Shown: in pieces, positions 10,370 to 20,800 of the stretch
Numbering within the stretch: the first letter of the stretch is position 1
How the letters are laid out: each line of letters begins with the position of its first letter
NCBI GenBank assembly: GCA_019058365.1
Contig: JAHPZE010000001.1
Coordinates: 409,738-473,737 of the forward strand
Direction: 5' to 3'
DNA from: Promethearchaeota archaeon
GTDB taxonomy: Archaea > Asgardarchaeota > Lokiarchaeia > Sigyniarchaeales > SOKP01
DNA length: 64,000 nt
The notes under the pieces: model-generated
Databases searched by the model: none
What the model was told of the DNA's origin: nothing
Seen by the model: the letters and a program-made list of their open reading frames with translations, nothing else
Position numbers and translations under genes: made by a program

Positions 10370-12256
10370 TTAACACCATTCTTTATGGAAATCTGTTCCA
10401 AATATTCTTTTTAATGCCTTTAAGTAATCTTTATCTAACATTCTACAATAAGGCAACCAAGCATCTTTTATTCTCAATAAAACACTACGGACTTCTTCAT
10501 CTCTCTCCTTGATAACGAAAAAATGAGGAAATAAACTGAAAATATTGCATTCTAAGTATCTTTTAGCAATATCAGTATGATGATGATTCAAAATAAGATT
10601 ACAAATGTCACTAAAGAACCCAATTTCAAGACCTTCCTTGAGTTCATCGTCATAATAAACCCCAAGGAATATCCCTTTTAAATAACGAAATATTTCTTCA
10701 TAATCCAGATATTTAAAAACGAAATCAAAGAGATAATTTATTTGTCTTACTGTTTCTCCACCAAGGAAACTAGTTTTTCTCATTTGCGTCGTCCCTATTT
10801 GACGAAGTAAATGACTTCTATTTTCTATTAAATATTTTCTGATATCCTTAGGATTCTTCATAGATTTTAATCTGGTAATAGTGATTTTCGGTTCTAAATC
10901 TGGTTTAGTAATATAGACATTTACGACAGGTTTTCCTTGTCTTAAGGTATACAAATCCCAGGATTCCCACCTCTCATAGGGTTGTAACCAACCATGACTC
11001 CTCCTTAATTTAGGATCAAAGATCCTTAATCTTCTTGAAGTACTTGTTGTTTTCATAACACCCTCATCACCTATTCCTGTATAGTCATATTCTGTATAAC
11101 CGCAGACTACGCTACCAGGTTGAGTTATGTAATTTTTATCTGAAATACCTAATGCTTTCAATACAGGTCGTTCATTATCAATTTCTAAAACTATCTCTTC
11201 AAATGTGGGGGTTCTGTCAATTTGTCCTCTAATAATCGGCCAATTTTCCTCAATTTCATTAACATTATACTGAGTATCAGCAGCAAATAACCTATGAATA
11301 CTTTCTTCGTTTGGTGGTATGATCCCATGACATATAAAAATCATATATAATGAAGCAGGGATGGTATAATCACTAAAACTTCCTAAACTTATAGACAAAA
11401 AAACCGCTTTCTCCTCATGAGGATGAACTACCCAATTATACTCGGCATTAAGCGATTTAGTTCTAAGAAAATTTTTAATATTCAATCCGTCCTCGATGAT
11501 CTTTATAAATCTTCCATCGGAAGTCCCTTGTTTTTTAAATTCTAACCCATTAATTTTACATATTTGTTTTAGTGATTGAACTAATTTATTATCAAGCTCC
11601 CATTTAACAATCTTATCTTGTCTATCCTTAGATTTTATCGTATTATACATAGACCAAATATTGGGATTATCTATTGGTATTCTTTCTAATGTTGAGTCAT
11701 CGATTATTATTTTATCTTTTATCACTTTGGTTTTTGGGTCAATAAGAGTAATGAGTAAACCTATATTCGGATAATCATAACAAATATGGCGGTTCATCGA
11801 TTTGATCTCAGTTTCAGGATACTCTTTCTCGATGATTGATTGAATTTTTTGAGTAATATCCCAAGGAACTTTTTGTTTAATCCACCAATACTCAGTGAAA
11901 AATTCGCTATTTGAATATGAAGGAAAAATTTCTATAGTTAAAACAGATGATCCTAACACTTTACTGGCAGCAGTTTTTATCTTCCCAATTACTTCGTCTT
12001 TTTTCTTTATAAAAAATTCGTAAAAAAGGGGTTGACCATTAACATCATAAATCGTCAAAGGACTTTGATCATCCCATACAACTCTAAAACCTTCCCATAT
12101 CTTAAGATTTATATGCATATGTATTAATAGACCTGTGATAGCATGCTCAAATGCAACCTCCTTATCAACTAGGTGATTTTCTTCTTGTTCTGGAACTGGG
12201 ACTATATTATCGAACAAATCTATTTTCTTTTTTTTCATATTTTCTTTTAAAGTCAT
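10370..12256 (-). CDS. C39-peptidase-like protein, probably catalytically inactive
   Basis: N-terminal TIYDVNGQPLFYEF...AASKVLG propeptide-like region; TFEEIVLEIDNERP, VCGY, IFDP; catalytic Cys/His not visible. Confidence 0.6.
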   Translation of the reverse strand: MTLKENMKKKKIDLFDNIVPVPEQEENHLVDKEVAFEHAITGLLIHMHINLKIWEGFRVVWDDQSPLTIYDVNGQPLFYEFFIKKKDEVIGKIKTAASKVLGSSVLTIEIFPSYSNSEFFTEYWWIKQKVPWDITQKIQSIIEKEYPETEIKSMNRHICYDYPNIGLLITLIDPKTKVIKDKIIIDDSTLERIPIDNPNIWSMYNTIKSKDRQDKIVKWELDNKLVQSLKQICKINGLEFKKQGTSDGRFIKIIEDGLNIKNFLRTKSLNAEYNWVVHPHEEKAVFLSISLGSFSDYTIPASLYMIFICHGIIPPNEESIHRLFAADTQYNVNEIEENWPIIRGQIDRTPTFEEIVLEIDNERPVLKALGISDKNYITQPGSVVCGYTEYDYTGIGDEGVMKTTSTSRRLRIFDPKLRRSHGWLQPYERWESWDLYTLRQGKPVVNVYITKPDLEPKITITRLKSMKNPKDIRKYLIENRSHLLRQIGTTQMRKTSFLGGETVRQINYLFDFVFKYLDYEEIFRYLKGIFLGVYYDDELKEGLEIGFFSDICNLILNHHHTDIAKRYLECNIFSLFPHFFVIKERDEEVRSVLLRIKDAWLPYCRMLDKDYLKALKRIFGTDFHKEWC

Positions 12257-12281
12257 TACAAATAATTTTTCTTACATTAAA

Positions 12282-12485
12282 CTAGTTAAACTCCTCTCGA
12301 AGAATTGTTTGATAATCAAGATCTCTTTTCTTGAACGAAATCTTTTCTCCACCGTTATAAATGTTGTTAGTAATGGCGTTTTGAAACATGGACGTAAAGG
12401 AGATAGCTATATCCTTGTGCATAGCATCAAACTCTGGATTTCTATTCTTCTTCCTCTTTATCTTATCAGCAGAATAGGGTTCCAT
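12282..12485 (-). CDS. Short hypothetical ORF or gene remnant
   Basis: 67 aa, co-oriented 25 bp upstream of 10370-12256; no motif. Confidence 0.3.
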   Translation of the reverse strand: MEPYSADKIKRKKNRNPEFDAMHKDIAISFTSMFQNAITNNIYNGGEKISFKKRDLDYQTILREEFN

Positions 12486-13079
12486 TCAATTCAGCTAAAT
12501 TTATATGTATTATAAGTTCAATTGTAAAATCTTGTCTTATATTTCTATAGACCTTACCAACTTATAAAATTATCAGCACATATATTTCTTACTTTACTTT
12601 GGTATTGTATTATGATTTATTCTTTTTCTCTATTATTTAATGATATCAATTGATCTGTCGATTATTTTATAAATAAAAATTTATTTAAGAATAGAAACTC
12701 ATCCTCCACATTTCTGATCTGATCTCATAAAGGACAAAAAAGAAATCTAAATATTAATTTAGGATCTTAATCTAATTACGTCATTTTCACTCTAACATCT
12801 TTATATTTCTCACTTTAAATTTTCTTCGAAATCAAACTCTGAATTTTTTCCTAAAAAAAAAAGTAATGGATTTCTCTAGAGTAATTATCTCTTTGAAATT
12901 TTTATCCAAATTCTTAATTTTTCATTTATATAGCTAGCTTTTTAAAAATATCTTAAAAATTTAGTATTTTTTTGATAGAAACATTTAAATTTATAAAATC
13001 TAATGTAAATCCTTATAACGTAATTATCTTGATAAAAAACTGAAATTAAATAGAATTAAAAACTTAGGAGTGTATTACC

Positions 13080-13646
13080 ATGGGGAAAAAAGCATTATCA
13101 ATAATAGCAGTTTTAGGTTTTATTATTGGAGCATCAGGACTAGGTCTAGGAGTTTTTTCATTAATAAATATGCAAGCAAACCAAGGATCTTCAGGAACAA
13201 CTTGTGTTGTCGTCGGAATATGAGATCGGTTATATAAAAATAAGAATTATGCCCCTTATGATACAGATCAACAATATCTCATTAGAGTAGATGGGATAGA
13301 AGTAAATAATAGTGATTATTTTTTCTTAAATCGAACCGATACTCGATTTCATTTAATTAAAAGTGGTTGGTATCGAGTTAATCTGTTACTTACACTGGTT
13401 AGTATTTCTGGAACTGCAGATGTCTATTTCAGGGCTTTTAAGGAAGGATCAACTGCAGTAGCATTTGCTTATACATATAATGCTACCACTGATGGAAACT
13501 TTCTTACTATGGAAGGGCAATTCTATATTTACAGTGATGGTTCTAATTATTACGATTTCTATGTTTCATCAGGACTCATGACCAGTGATGTCGCGCCAAA
13601 TAACGCTTTTAACCAGTTAGGGATTGAATACGTTGGAGATTATTAA
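13080..13646 (+). pseudogene. Membrane-anchored beta-rich (C1q/BclA-C-like) protein interrupted by one in-frame TGA at 13221-13223
   Basis: Missed by ORF track. AGGAG upstream; MGKKALSIIAVLGFIIGASGLGLGVFSL...VVVGI*DRLYKN...FHLIKSGWYRVN...NQLGIEYVGDY; 188 codons otherwise open. Confidence 0.8.
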
Positions 13647-13722
13647 ATTTGTTGTTCTCAATAAATTGAAAGAAATTTATATCAAATCTTTATAAAATTA
13701 AATTTTTTTTTATCAGTTATTT

Positions 13723-14082
13723 TTAATGTAAATTGTCTTTATAAGGAGATTCCTCAAGAATTTTATCAAGCTCCTCCTTTTCCCATTGTGCGAATTTCGA
13801 ATCGAGTTGTTCCATTAATTTTATTAGTTTGGCAAATAATTGCCTCCTATTATCTTCATTGGGCTTACGATGTTCTAATTCATAATCATTCGCCATTATG
13901 AACACAATAGATTTGAATATCCAATATAATAGTTTTTCAATATCTTTTGTCTGTCTTCGTTCAAATTCTTCTCCTCTCTCGCTAACTACATAATTATACC
14001 CATTCTTATCAATTTCAATATGGGGAGAACCAAACCCATCACTAGAAGCACGAAAGGTAAGTAAATGACTTGGAGCGTTTAT
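13723..14082 (-). pseudogene. Imm63-like immunity protein, 5'-truncated
   Basis: Frame is open upstream of the listed 60-aa ORF: INAPSHLLTFRASSDGFGSPHIEIDKNGYNYVVSERGEEFERRQTKDIEKLLYWIF...YELEHR...RRQLFAK; no start codon. Confidence 0.7.
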
Positions 14083-14368
14083 CTCAACCAGGTTTGATAA
14101 TTTCTTAAGAAATATGGAAATTGAAACAGTTCTAATTTCTGGAGTTGTGACGAATTTTTGTGTTCATTCAACTACTCGAGAAGCATATGATTATGAATTT
14201 CAAACGATTATTGTGGAAAATTGTTGTGCAGCCTGGTCTGAAGATATCCATTTATCAATCCTAAAATCTTTTGGATTAATTTATGGTTGTATATTACCCT
14301 ATGAAAAAGTTATAAAAAAAATCTCAAGATCAATGAAAAAAGCAAAAAAAGAATTAGTGACTCATTAA
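14072..14368 (+). pseudogene. Isochorismatase/cysteine-hydrolase family, C-terminal half only
   Basis: GAFISTRFDNFLRNMEIETVLISGVVTNFCVHSTTREAYD; N-terminal catalytic Asp region missing. Confidence 0.8.
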
Positions 14369-14569
14369 ACTTATAAGTCCGGTGGCTAGCTTACTTTCAA
14401 ACTGCTCCCACAATTTCCATTTGGTAAGAGTATTTAGAACGGTAAAGAGAGCTTTAAAATTAAAAAATTAAAAATTTTTTAAAAACATTATAATTTAAAA
14501 TACTACTACTTAAAACTATAAGTTGAAATTTAAAATGCAAATTAGAAAAAATACTTAAGAGTTACTATT

Positions 14570-14746
14570 ATGAAAAAAAATAAAGGTAAAAAACGATATA
14601 AAACTGATGAATGGAATGAGATGAGCAGAGATCGCGAGGAAGACGAAATAGAAGAAGAAGACAAGGACTGGAATAAAAAAGATGATGAAGATGAGGAAAT
14701 GGGCGAAAAGGGAGATGAATTCCATGAATCAGATTATGACACATAA
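14570..14746 (+). CDS. 58-aa basic-head/acidic-tail small protein
   Basis: Below ORF cutoff: MKKNKGKKRYKTDEWNEMSRDREEDEIEEEDKDWNKKDDEDEEMGEKGDEFHESDYDT. Confidence 0.65.
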   Translation: MKKNKGKKRYKTDEWNEMSRDREEDEIEEEDKDWNKKDDEDEEMGEKGDEFHESDYDT

Positions 14747-15033
14747 TATCCTTACAATATTACTATGGTAGTAAAAAATATATCCCACACATAAAATCTC
14801 TTATTATTCTTACTGTTTGATAGCTGGTGTGTAAACATTTCTTAATTTTAACAGCAATTTTTTGTAAAACAATCTTTACCTTTTATTTAATAGTTTTTTC
14901 ATCGTTTTCAACCGATATATTTACCATTTTATACATACGCATAGAGATGGATGAATAATACAAACATATATCAAAGTTAATATATAAAAGAGATGATATT
15001 TTTTAAAACAGTAAATATAAATGAATAATTATT

Positions 15034-15112
15034 TTAAGTTGACCTTAAAGGATCTAGTTCTTTTATTTGGTTAATGAATTCTGCAATACCTTCAGCAAAT
15101 CGTTTTCCTTCA
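15034..15112 (-). pseudogene. Relic of an mvhD 3' end
   Basis: Reads EGKRFAEGIAEFINQIKELDPLRST* vs EGKRFAEVITEFTNEIKKLGPLQVI* of 17420-17851 (16/25 identical, same stop position). Confidence 0.88.
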
Positions 15113-15142
15113 GTTCTTATTAAGATAAAAAAATTTAATATA

Positions 15143-15844
15143 TCAATTTTTTTCAATTTCAATTTCAATATCACTAAGTAGATAGTCAAGTTGTTTCGAT
15201 TTTTTATTGATATTTAACACAGTATCAAGATATACTACATCTTCGTTTCCTAAAAGCAAGTGAATTGAACCAGATCTTAATAGAAAAAACTCGAAAATAT
15301 CAGGAATTTCTTTTTTAATACGTAGACTTTTTGTAGGATATCTCACAGCCGAAATGAATATTCCCTTTTTATGGATTACTTCATTTCTTTCCAATTTCCA
15401 ATAATCAAACCTAGTTGCTATCCAAGCTATTAAGAAAATAAAAGCTAGAATGATAACCGTTGACAAATAAAATTGATAACTCATTATAATAGTCACCTCG
15501 AATGACAATATTTGTGAGATTATTGCATTTGGATGGAAGATAAGAGTAAAAATCATTATTAAGATAATAGCAGCTAAGAGCAATATAAAGAATTTAGTTG
15601 ATGAGGTGTCGAAAGCAATAATAAATAAATTAGCGAAAAAAACTGTAATCCAAATTGCTCCAAGTATCGGTTCATCCATTCCTACAAAGTATTGTATTAG
15701 AAATAATGTTAAAGACGTAAAGAAGAGTGGATAAAAGAAAATAACTTTAGAATAACTCCTCAAAAATATTTTCTCTTCTCTTTTTATATCTTTTTCAATC
15801 TGATCTTCTGTGGGTAATTTAGATCTATCACTCATATTAACCAT
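15143..15844 (-). CDS. Membrane protein (about 4 TM) with soluble C-terminal domain
   Basis: Hydrophobic segments followed by a beta-rich, PH-like tail. Confidence 0.8.
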   Translation of the reverse strand: MVNMSDRSKLPTEDQIEKDIKREEKIFLRSYSKVIFFYPLFFTSLTLFLIQYFVGMDEPILGAIWITVFFANLFIIAFDTSSTKFFILLLAAIILIMIFTLIFHPNAIISQILSFEVTIIMSYQFYLSTVIILAFIFLIAWIATRFDYWKLERNEVIHKKGIFISAVRYPTKSLRIKKEIPDIFEFFLLRSGSIHLLLGNEDVVYLDTVLNINKKSKQLDYLLSDIEIEIEKN

Positions 15845-16021
15845 TTTTTTCTATTAATTAGATAAAATTTATTTGTTTTGATTTAAATTTGAAAGTTAAA
15901 TATGTGAAATACTCATATTGTCTTAATAAATATTATTAATTCAAATTATAAAAATTTCAAGAGTATAATGAGATCGCTATTAGAATAAGGCATTTTAGCA
16001 TTTTTTGAGAAAATTTCAAAG

Positions 16022-16167
16022 CTAATAAGAAAAAGAGGTATAATTTTTTAAATCATTAAAAAACAAACAGATTAATATGTAATATTGCGTGCAACGGACC
16101 AAGTTTTTTAATTTCATTAGTAAATTCTGTAATAACTTACGCAAATCGCTTCTCTTCAGATGCACTT
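16022..16167 (-). pseudogene. Relic of mvhD 3' end plus 3' flank
   Basis: 16090-16167 aligns ungapped to 17430-17507 at 68/78 nt; reads SASEEKRFA*VITEFTNEIKKLGPL. Confidence 0.93.
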
Positions 16168-16272
16168 TACAGAAGATTTATTAATTTCTCATATGTGATC
16201 ATGAAAAACCACAATTTTATACCAATTGATTTTATAATATGATTTTAATTCAATTTTTATTTTTGATTAATA

Positions 16273-16475
16273 TCAAAGGAATTTTAATGCATCATTCCCA
16301 ATTTCTAACAACTTTATAATGACTTAGCGGTCAAGATGGGGGCACTCTTCTTGGATCTCGTTGATGTATAATTCATACCAACTAGTTCATAAATTAAAGC
16401 AACAAGAGTTCTCGTGCCTTTTATAATAGGCTTCCCCCCAAGGATCTCTGGGTTTAATTCAATTAGATCCGACAT
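16273..16475 (-). pseudogene. DUF433-family (antitoxin-like) pseudogene
   Basis: MSDLIELNPEILGGKPIIKGTR...GMNYT, frameshift, then INEIQEECPHLDR*VIIKLLE. Confidence 0.82.
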
Positions 16476-16582
16476 CTTTTAAGATATAATAAAATGATTC
16501 TGAGATAAATATATTATTAATAAATAAAAATCCAATGATATATTATAAAAGGTGAATATCTTTAAATACAAAGGGTAATTAT

Positions 16583-16843
16583 ATGGGTATGGGTGATTAC
16601 ATGGGAAAAGTTGAAATTGATGAACGTGGTCGTTTGACTTTACCTTCCAAAATACGAGAAAAATTACTTATACAACCAGGTGATAAATTAACCATTAAGA
16701 TTAATCCAGACAATTCAATTAATATTAAGAAAAGCCCCTCTAAAAAAGAAATATTCGATGAGCTTGTAGGATGTATAACAACTCCATTAGAAGAGAAACT
16801 AACACCAGAGTTGATTAAAAGCATATGGACCAAAAACCAATAA
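16583..16843 (+). CDS. AbrB/MazE-family antitoxin
   Basis: IDERGRLTLPSKIREKLLIQPGD; overlaps PIN gene. Confidence 0.9.
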   Translation: MGMGDYMGKVEIDERGRLTLPSKIREKLLIQPGDKLTIKINPDNSINIKKSPSKKEIFDELVGCITTPLEEKLTPELIKSIWTKNQ

Positions 16844-17256
16844 TTTTTGTAGATTCAAACTATTGGATCTATTTATTCGATAAAACAACAGATGAGCACG
16901 AATCAGTTAAAAAACATTTTAATAATCTCTATGATGAAGCAGTTTTAGCAATAAATACAGTTGTGATGATGGAAGTAATGCATTATTTAGTCAAAAGACT
17001 TGGATCTGAAATAGCTAAAGAGAAATGGGATTTGTTTTCATCAATAAATTTTATAGTTGGAAATTTAGAATTTGAAGATTTGGATACTATTTTTTCAATA
17101 TTGTGCAAGTACTCACATACGGGAATAGGAGGGAGAGATGCCACGATCCTATCATTTCTAGAAATAAATCAAATCCAAAAGATTTGTACTCATGATAATG
17201 CATTTAAAAAAATTCCAAATCTAGAAATAATCGACCCCATTACACAAAAAAATTAA
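16825..17256 (+). CDS. vapC: PIN-domain toxin (VapC-like)
   Basis: FVDSN, MMEV, GRDA, THDNAF. Confidence 0.9.
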   Translation: MDQKPIIFVDSNYWIYLFDKTTDEHESVKKHFNNLYDEAVLAINTVVMMEVMHYLVKRLGSEIAKEKWDLFSSINFIVGNLEFEDLDTIFSILCKYSHTGIGGRDATILSFLEINQIQKICTHDNAFKKIPNLEIIDPITQKN

Positions 17257-17419
17257 TGATACAATCAAAATTTATAAAATTAGATTAATTTCTTTGGAAA
17301 TTAGACTCTAAATTTACAAATTCTACAACTATTTTCAGAAACTTGAAGCTAAAATATTTTAATGTTAATAAGAAAATGAAAATGAGATATGATTTTTTAA
17401 TAATTGAAAAATAAATATT

Positions 17420-17851
17420 TTAAATAACTTGCAGTGGTCCTAGTTTTTTAATTTCATTAGTAAATTCAGTGATGACTTCAGCAAATCGCTTCCCTTCAGA
17501 TGCACTTACCCATTCAAGTCTAAATCTTTTTTCAAGATTGAATATTTTTAATATTTCCTTAAAATGTTCAAATCTATCCCTAGCAAACTCATTTCCTTTT
17601 AAGTAATGACAGTCACCGATATGACATCCTGTCACAATGACTCCATCAATACCATCTTTAAAAGCCTCCAAAATAAAAGCGGGATCTACTCTACCAGAGC
17701 ACATCACTCTTACTATCCGAATAGTAGCAGGGTACTGAAAACGAGATACGCCAGCTAAATCTGCCCCAGCATAACTACACCAATTACAACAAAAACATAA
17801 TATATTTGGATGGAAATCTTTTTTATTTACTTTCTTTTTTGACTTAGACAT
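17420..17851 (-). CDS. mvhD: MvhD [2Fe-2S] subunit (Cys form)
   Basis: FCCNWCSYAGADLAG, MCSGRVD, GCHIGDCHY, WVSASEG. Confidence 0.96.
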   Translation of the reverse strand: MSKSKKKVNKKDFHPNILCFCCNWCSYAGADLAGVSRFQYPATIRIVRVMCSGRVDPAFILEAFKDGIDGVIVTGCHIGDCHYLKGNEFARDRFEHFKEILKIFNLEKRFRLEWVSASEGKRFAEVITEFTNEIKKLGPLQVI

Positions 17852-17869
17852 AAGTTAATACCTCATAAT

Positions 17870-20800
17870 TTAAGTTTGGACAAGAAGTGCAGAAATCATA
17901 GCGTGAATTTGCTCAAAACCAAAATGTTTAATAACTATTGTTGAATTAGGACATTGTGCGCCACATGTACCACATCCCTTACAAAGCGCAGGATTTATAT
18001 GAGATTTTTTATTAGTCATTGTAAAATCTTCGAACGTTCTTTCTTTTTCTATTAATTCTATAGCATTAAATTGACAGACTTCTACACAGCTTCCACAGCC
18101 AATGCAATTTTCTTCTATTACAACCGCTACAAGTCCAGATGTTACAAGCTTTTCAGCACTTAAAATTTTAACTGCTTGAGCAGCAGCTCCATTGGATTGT
18201 GCAATTGATTCTCGAAGATCTTTAGGTGAATGTGCACTTCCACATAAATATATACCATCTGTAGCAAAATCAATTGGTCTCAATTTAACATGTGCTTCCA
18301 AAAAGAATTTGTCCTCATTAAGTGGCACTTTTAACATTTTTGCTAGCTCTTCATTTTCTTTTATAGGTGCTACGAGACCAGTACTTAGTACGACTAAATC
18401 AGGATTTATTTCAAGGGCTCCTAAATCTGGATTATTGATTTTAATTTTTAATCTTTTATTTTTAATAGTTAATTCTGGAGGTTTAGATTCATCAAATCTA
18501 AGAAATATAACCTTTTTATCTCGTGCTAAGTTATAATATTTTTCTTTAAAACCATATGTTCGGATATCACGATATAGAATTACTATTTCTAAATTAGGAT
18601 TGATTTCTTTTGCTTTTAGCGCATTTTTAATAGCTTCTGAACAACAGATTCTACTACAATAAGGGTGATCTTCATTTCTAGATCCAACGCATTGAATCAT
18701 AGCTATTGATTTCAATCCTTTTATTTTATCCGTAGTAAAAAGATCTTTTTCAAATTCGGTTTGGGATATAATTCTTTGATCTTTCCCGAAACCATATTCT
18801 TTTGGTTGATATTCTTTTGCCCCTGTGGCTACAATAATTATTCCATGGTCTAGATCAACACTTTTACTATTATTTCCATAACTTATGTTTGTGGAAAAAT
18901 TCCCTATATATCCTGAAATTGAATTAATTTGAGCATTTTTAAATACGTGAATGAATTGATTATTTTCAACTTTTTTAATTAGGTTTCCAAGATACTCCTG
19001 AATATCATCATTTTCAAGGGTTTGATAAATATTTTTGGCAAATCCACCTAGAGAATCTTCCTTTTCAATTAAAAAAACTTCATAACCTTGAGAAGCCAGA
19101 TTTAATGCTGCTGACATTCCAGATACACCCCCTCCTATGATGAGACCCTTACTTATTACAGTAATTTCTTGTTCCTGCAACGGGATTAATTGGCTAGCCT
19201 TTGCTATTGACATACGCAATAAATCTTTTGATTTTGCTGTAGCTTTTTCAGGTTCATGCATATGAACCCATGAACATTGATCTCGAATATTTACCATTTC
19301 AAAAAGATATTTATTCAAACCAGCTTCCCTAATTGTTGCTTGAAATAATGGTTCATGTGTTCTTGGAGTACATGAGGCAACAATAACTCTATTAAGTTGA
19401 TTTTTTTCAATTTTTTCTTTAATATTTGTTTGGGTATCTGCTGAACAAGTATACAAATTATGTTCAGCATAAACAACATTGGGCAATGTTTTAACGTATT
19501 CAACTACATTAGGAACATCAACAACTCCACCAATATTTATCCCGCAATGGCATATAAATACCCCTATTCGCGGGTGTTGACCACTTACATCTAATTCTTC
19601 GGGAAGTTCTTTCTTAGAGACTAATTTATTTCTTGCTTCTGATAGAAGAACATTTACATATCCAGCAGCAGCACTAGCTTCAATAACGGTTTCTGGAATA
19701 TCTTTTGGTGTTGCGAAAGACCCACAAACATAAATTCCAGGTCTTGAAGTCTCTACTGGGTTAAAGGTTCCAGTTTTACAAAACCCATATTCATTTAACT
19801 GGATATTTAATTTCTGTGCTAATTCTTTTGCTTTTTGATTAGGTTGCATTCCAACGGAAAGGACGACTAGATTAAAAATTTCTTTAACAATTTTTCCATT
19901 TCCTGTTTCATAATAAACCTTTAAATCTTTAGAGTCCGGAATTTCTTTAATAGAAGAAATTCTGCGTCTGATATATCTTATTCCATACTCATTCTTCGCT
20001 CGTTCAATATATTTATCAAAATCTTTACCATATGCTCTGATATCCATTGTAAAAATTGTTGGTTCTATAATATTCATGTGCTCTTTTGCTATTACTGCTT
20101 CTTTTGTTGTATACATGCAACACACAGAAGAGCAGTAATCAATTCTATGCTTTCTATCTCTTGAACCTATACAATGTAAAAAAGCAATTTTTTTGGGGAT
20201 AATCCCATCAGAAGGGCGAATTATTAAACCAGAATGTGGTCCACTAGCACTGAGTATACGTTCAAATTCAATACTAGTAATCACATTTAAATGCTTACCG
20301 TAACCCAATTCCGTTAAAGGAGTAGGATCATATTCATCAAATCCAATTGCTAATACTACAGCTCCTACATTAAGGTTAATTAAACTATCTTGAAGTTCAT
20401 AATTTATAGCTTTTGCTTTACATATTCCTTTACAAATACCACAACCTATACATTTTTGTTTATTAATTGAGAAAACTAATGGAACTGCTTGAGGAAATTT
20501 CACAGAAATTGCTGCTTTGTTAGAAAGCTTTTCATTAAAAAAATCAATAGCCTCTATAGGACATTGTTGAGCACACAAACCGCACCCTGTACATTTATTC
20601 TGATCCAAACGAAGGGTTGTTTGAGTTAAATGAACATTAAAATTTCCTGGAACACCTTCAATTTTTTCAATTGAGGAATTAATTAAAATATCTATATTTT
20701 CATGTCGACCAGTTTGTACTAATTTTGGGGCAAGAATACATATTGCACAGTCATTAGTTGGAAATGTTTTATCCAATTGAGACATAGTTCCTCCAATACT

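Noticed and set aside
14375-14440. Minus-strand LLPNGNCGEQFESKLATG resembling a decayed Fe-S domain
   Set aside because: Too short and degenerate to support
8637-17318. Island repeats as CRISPR or classical integron attC sites
   Set aside because: Irregular kb-scale spacing, no cas or intI, no attC core consensus
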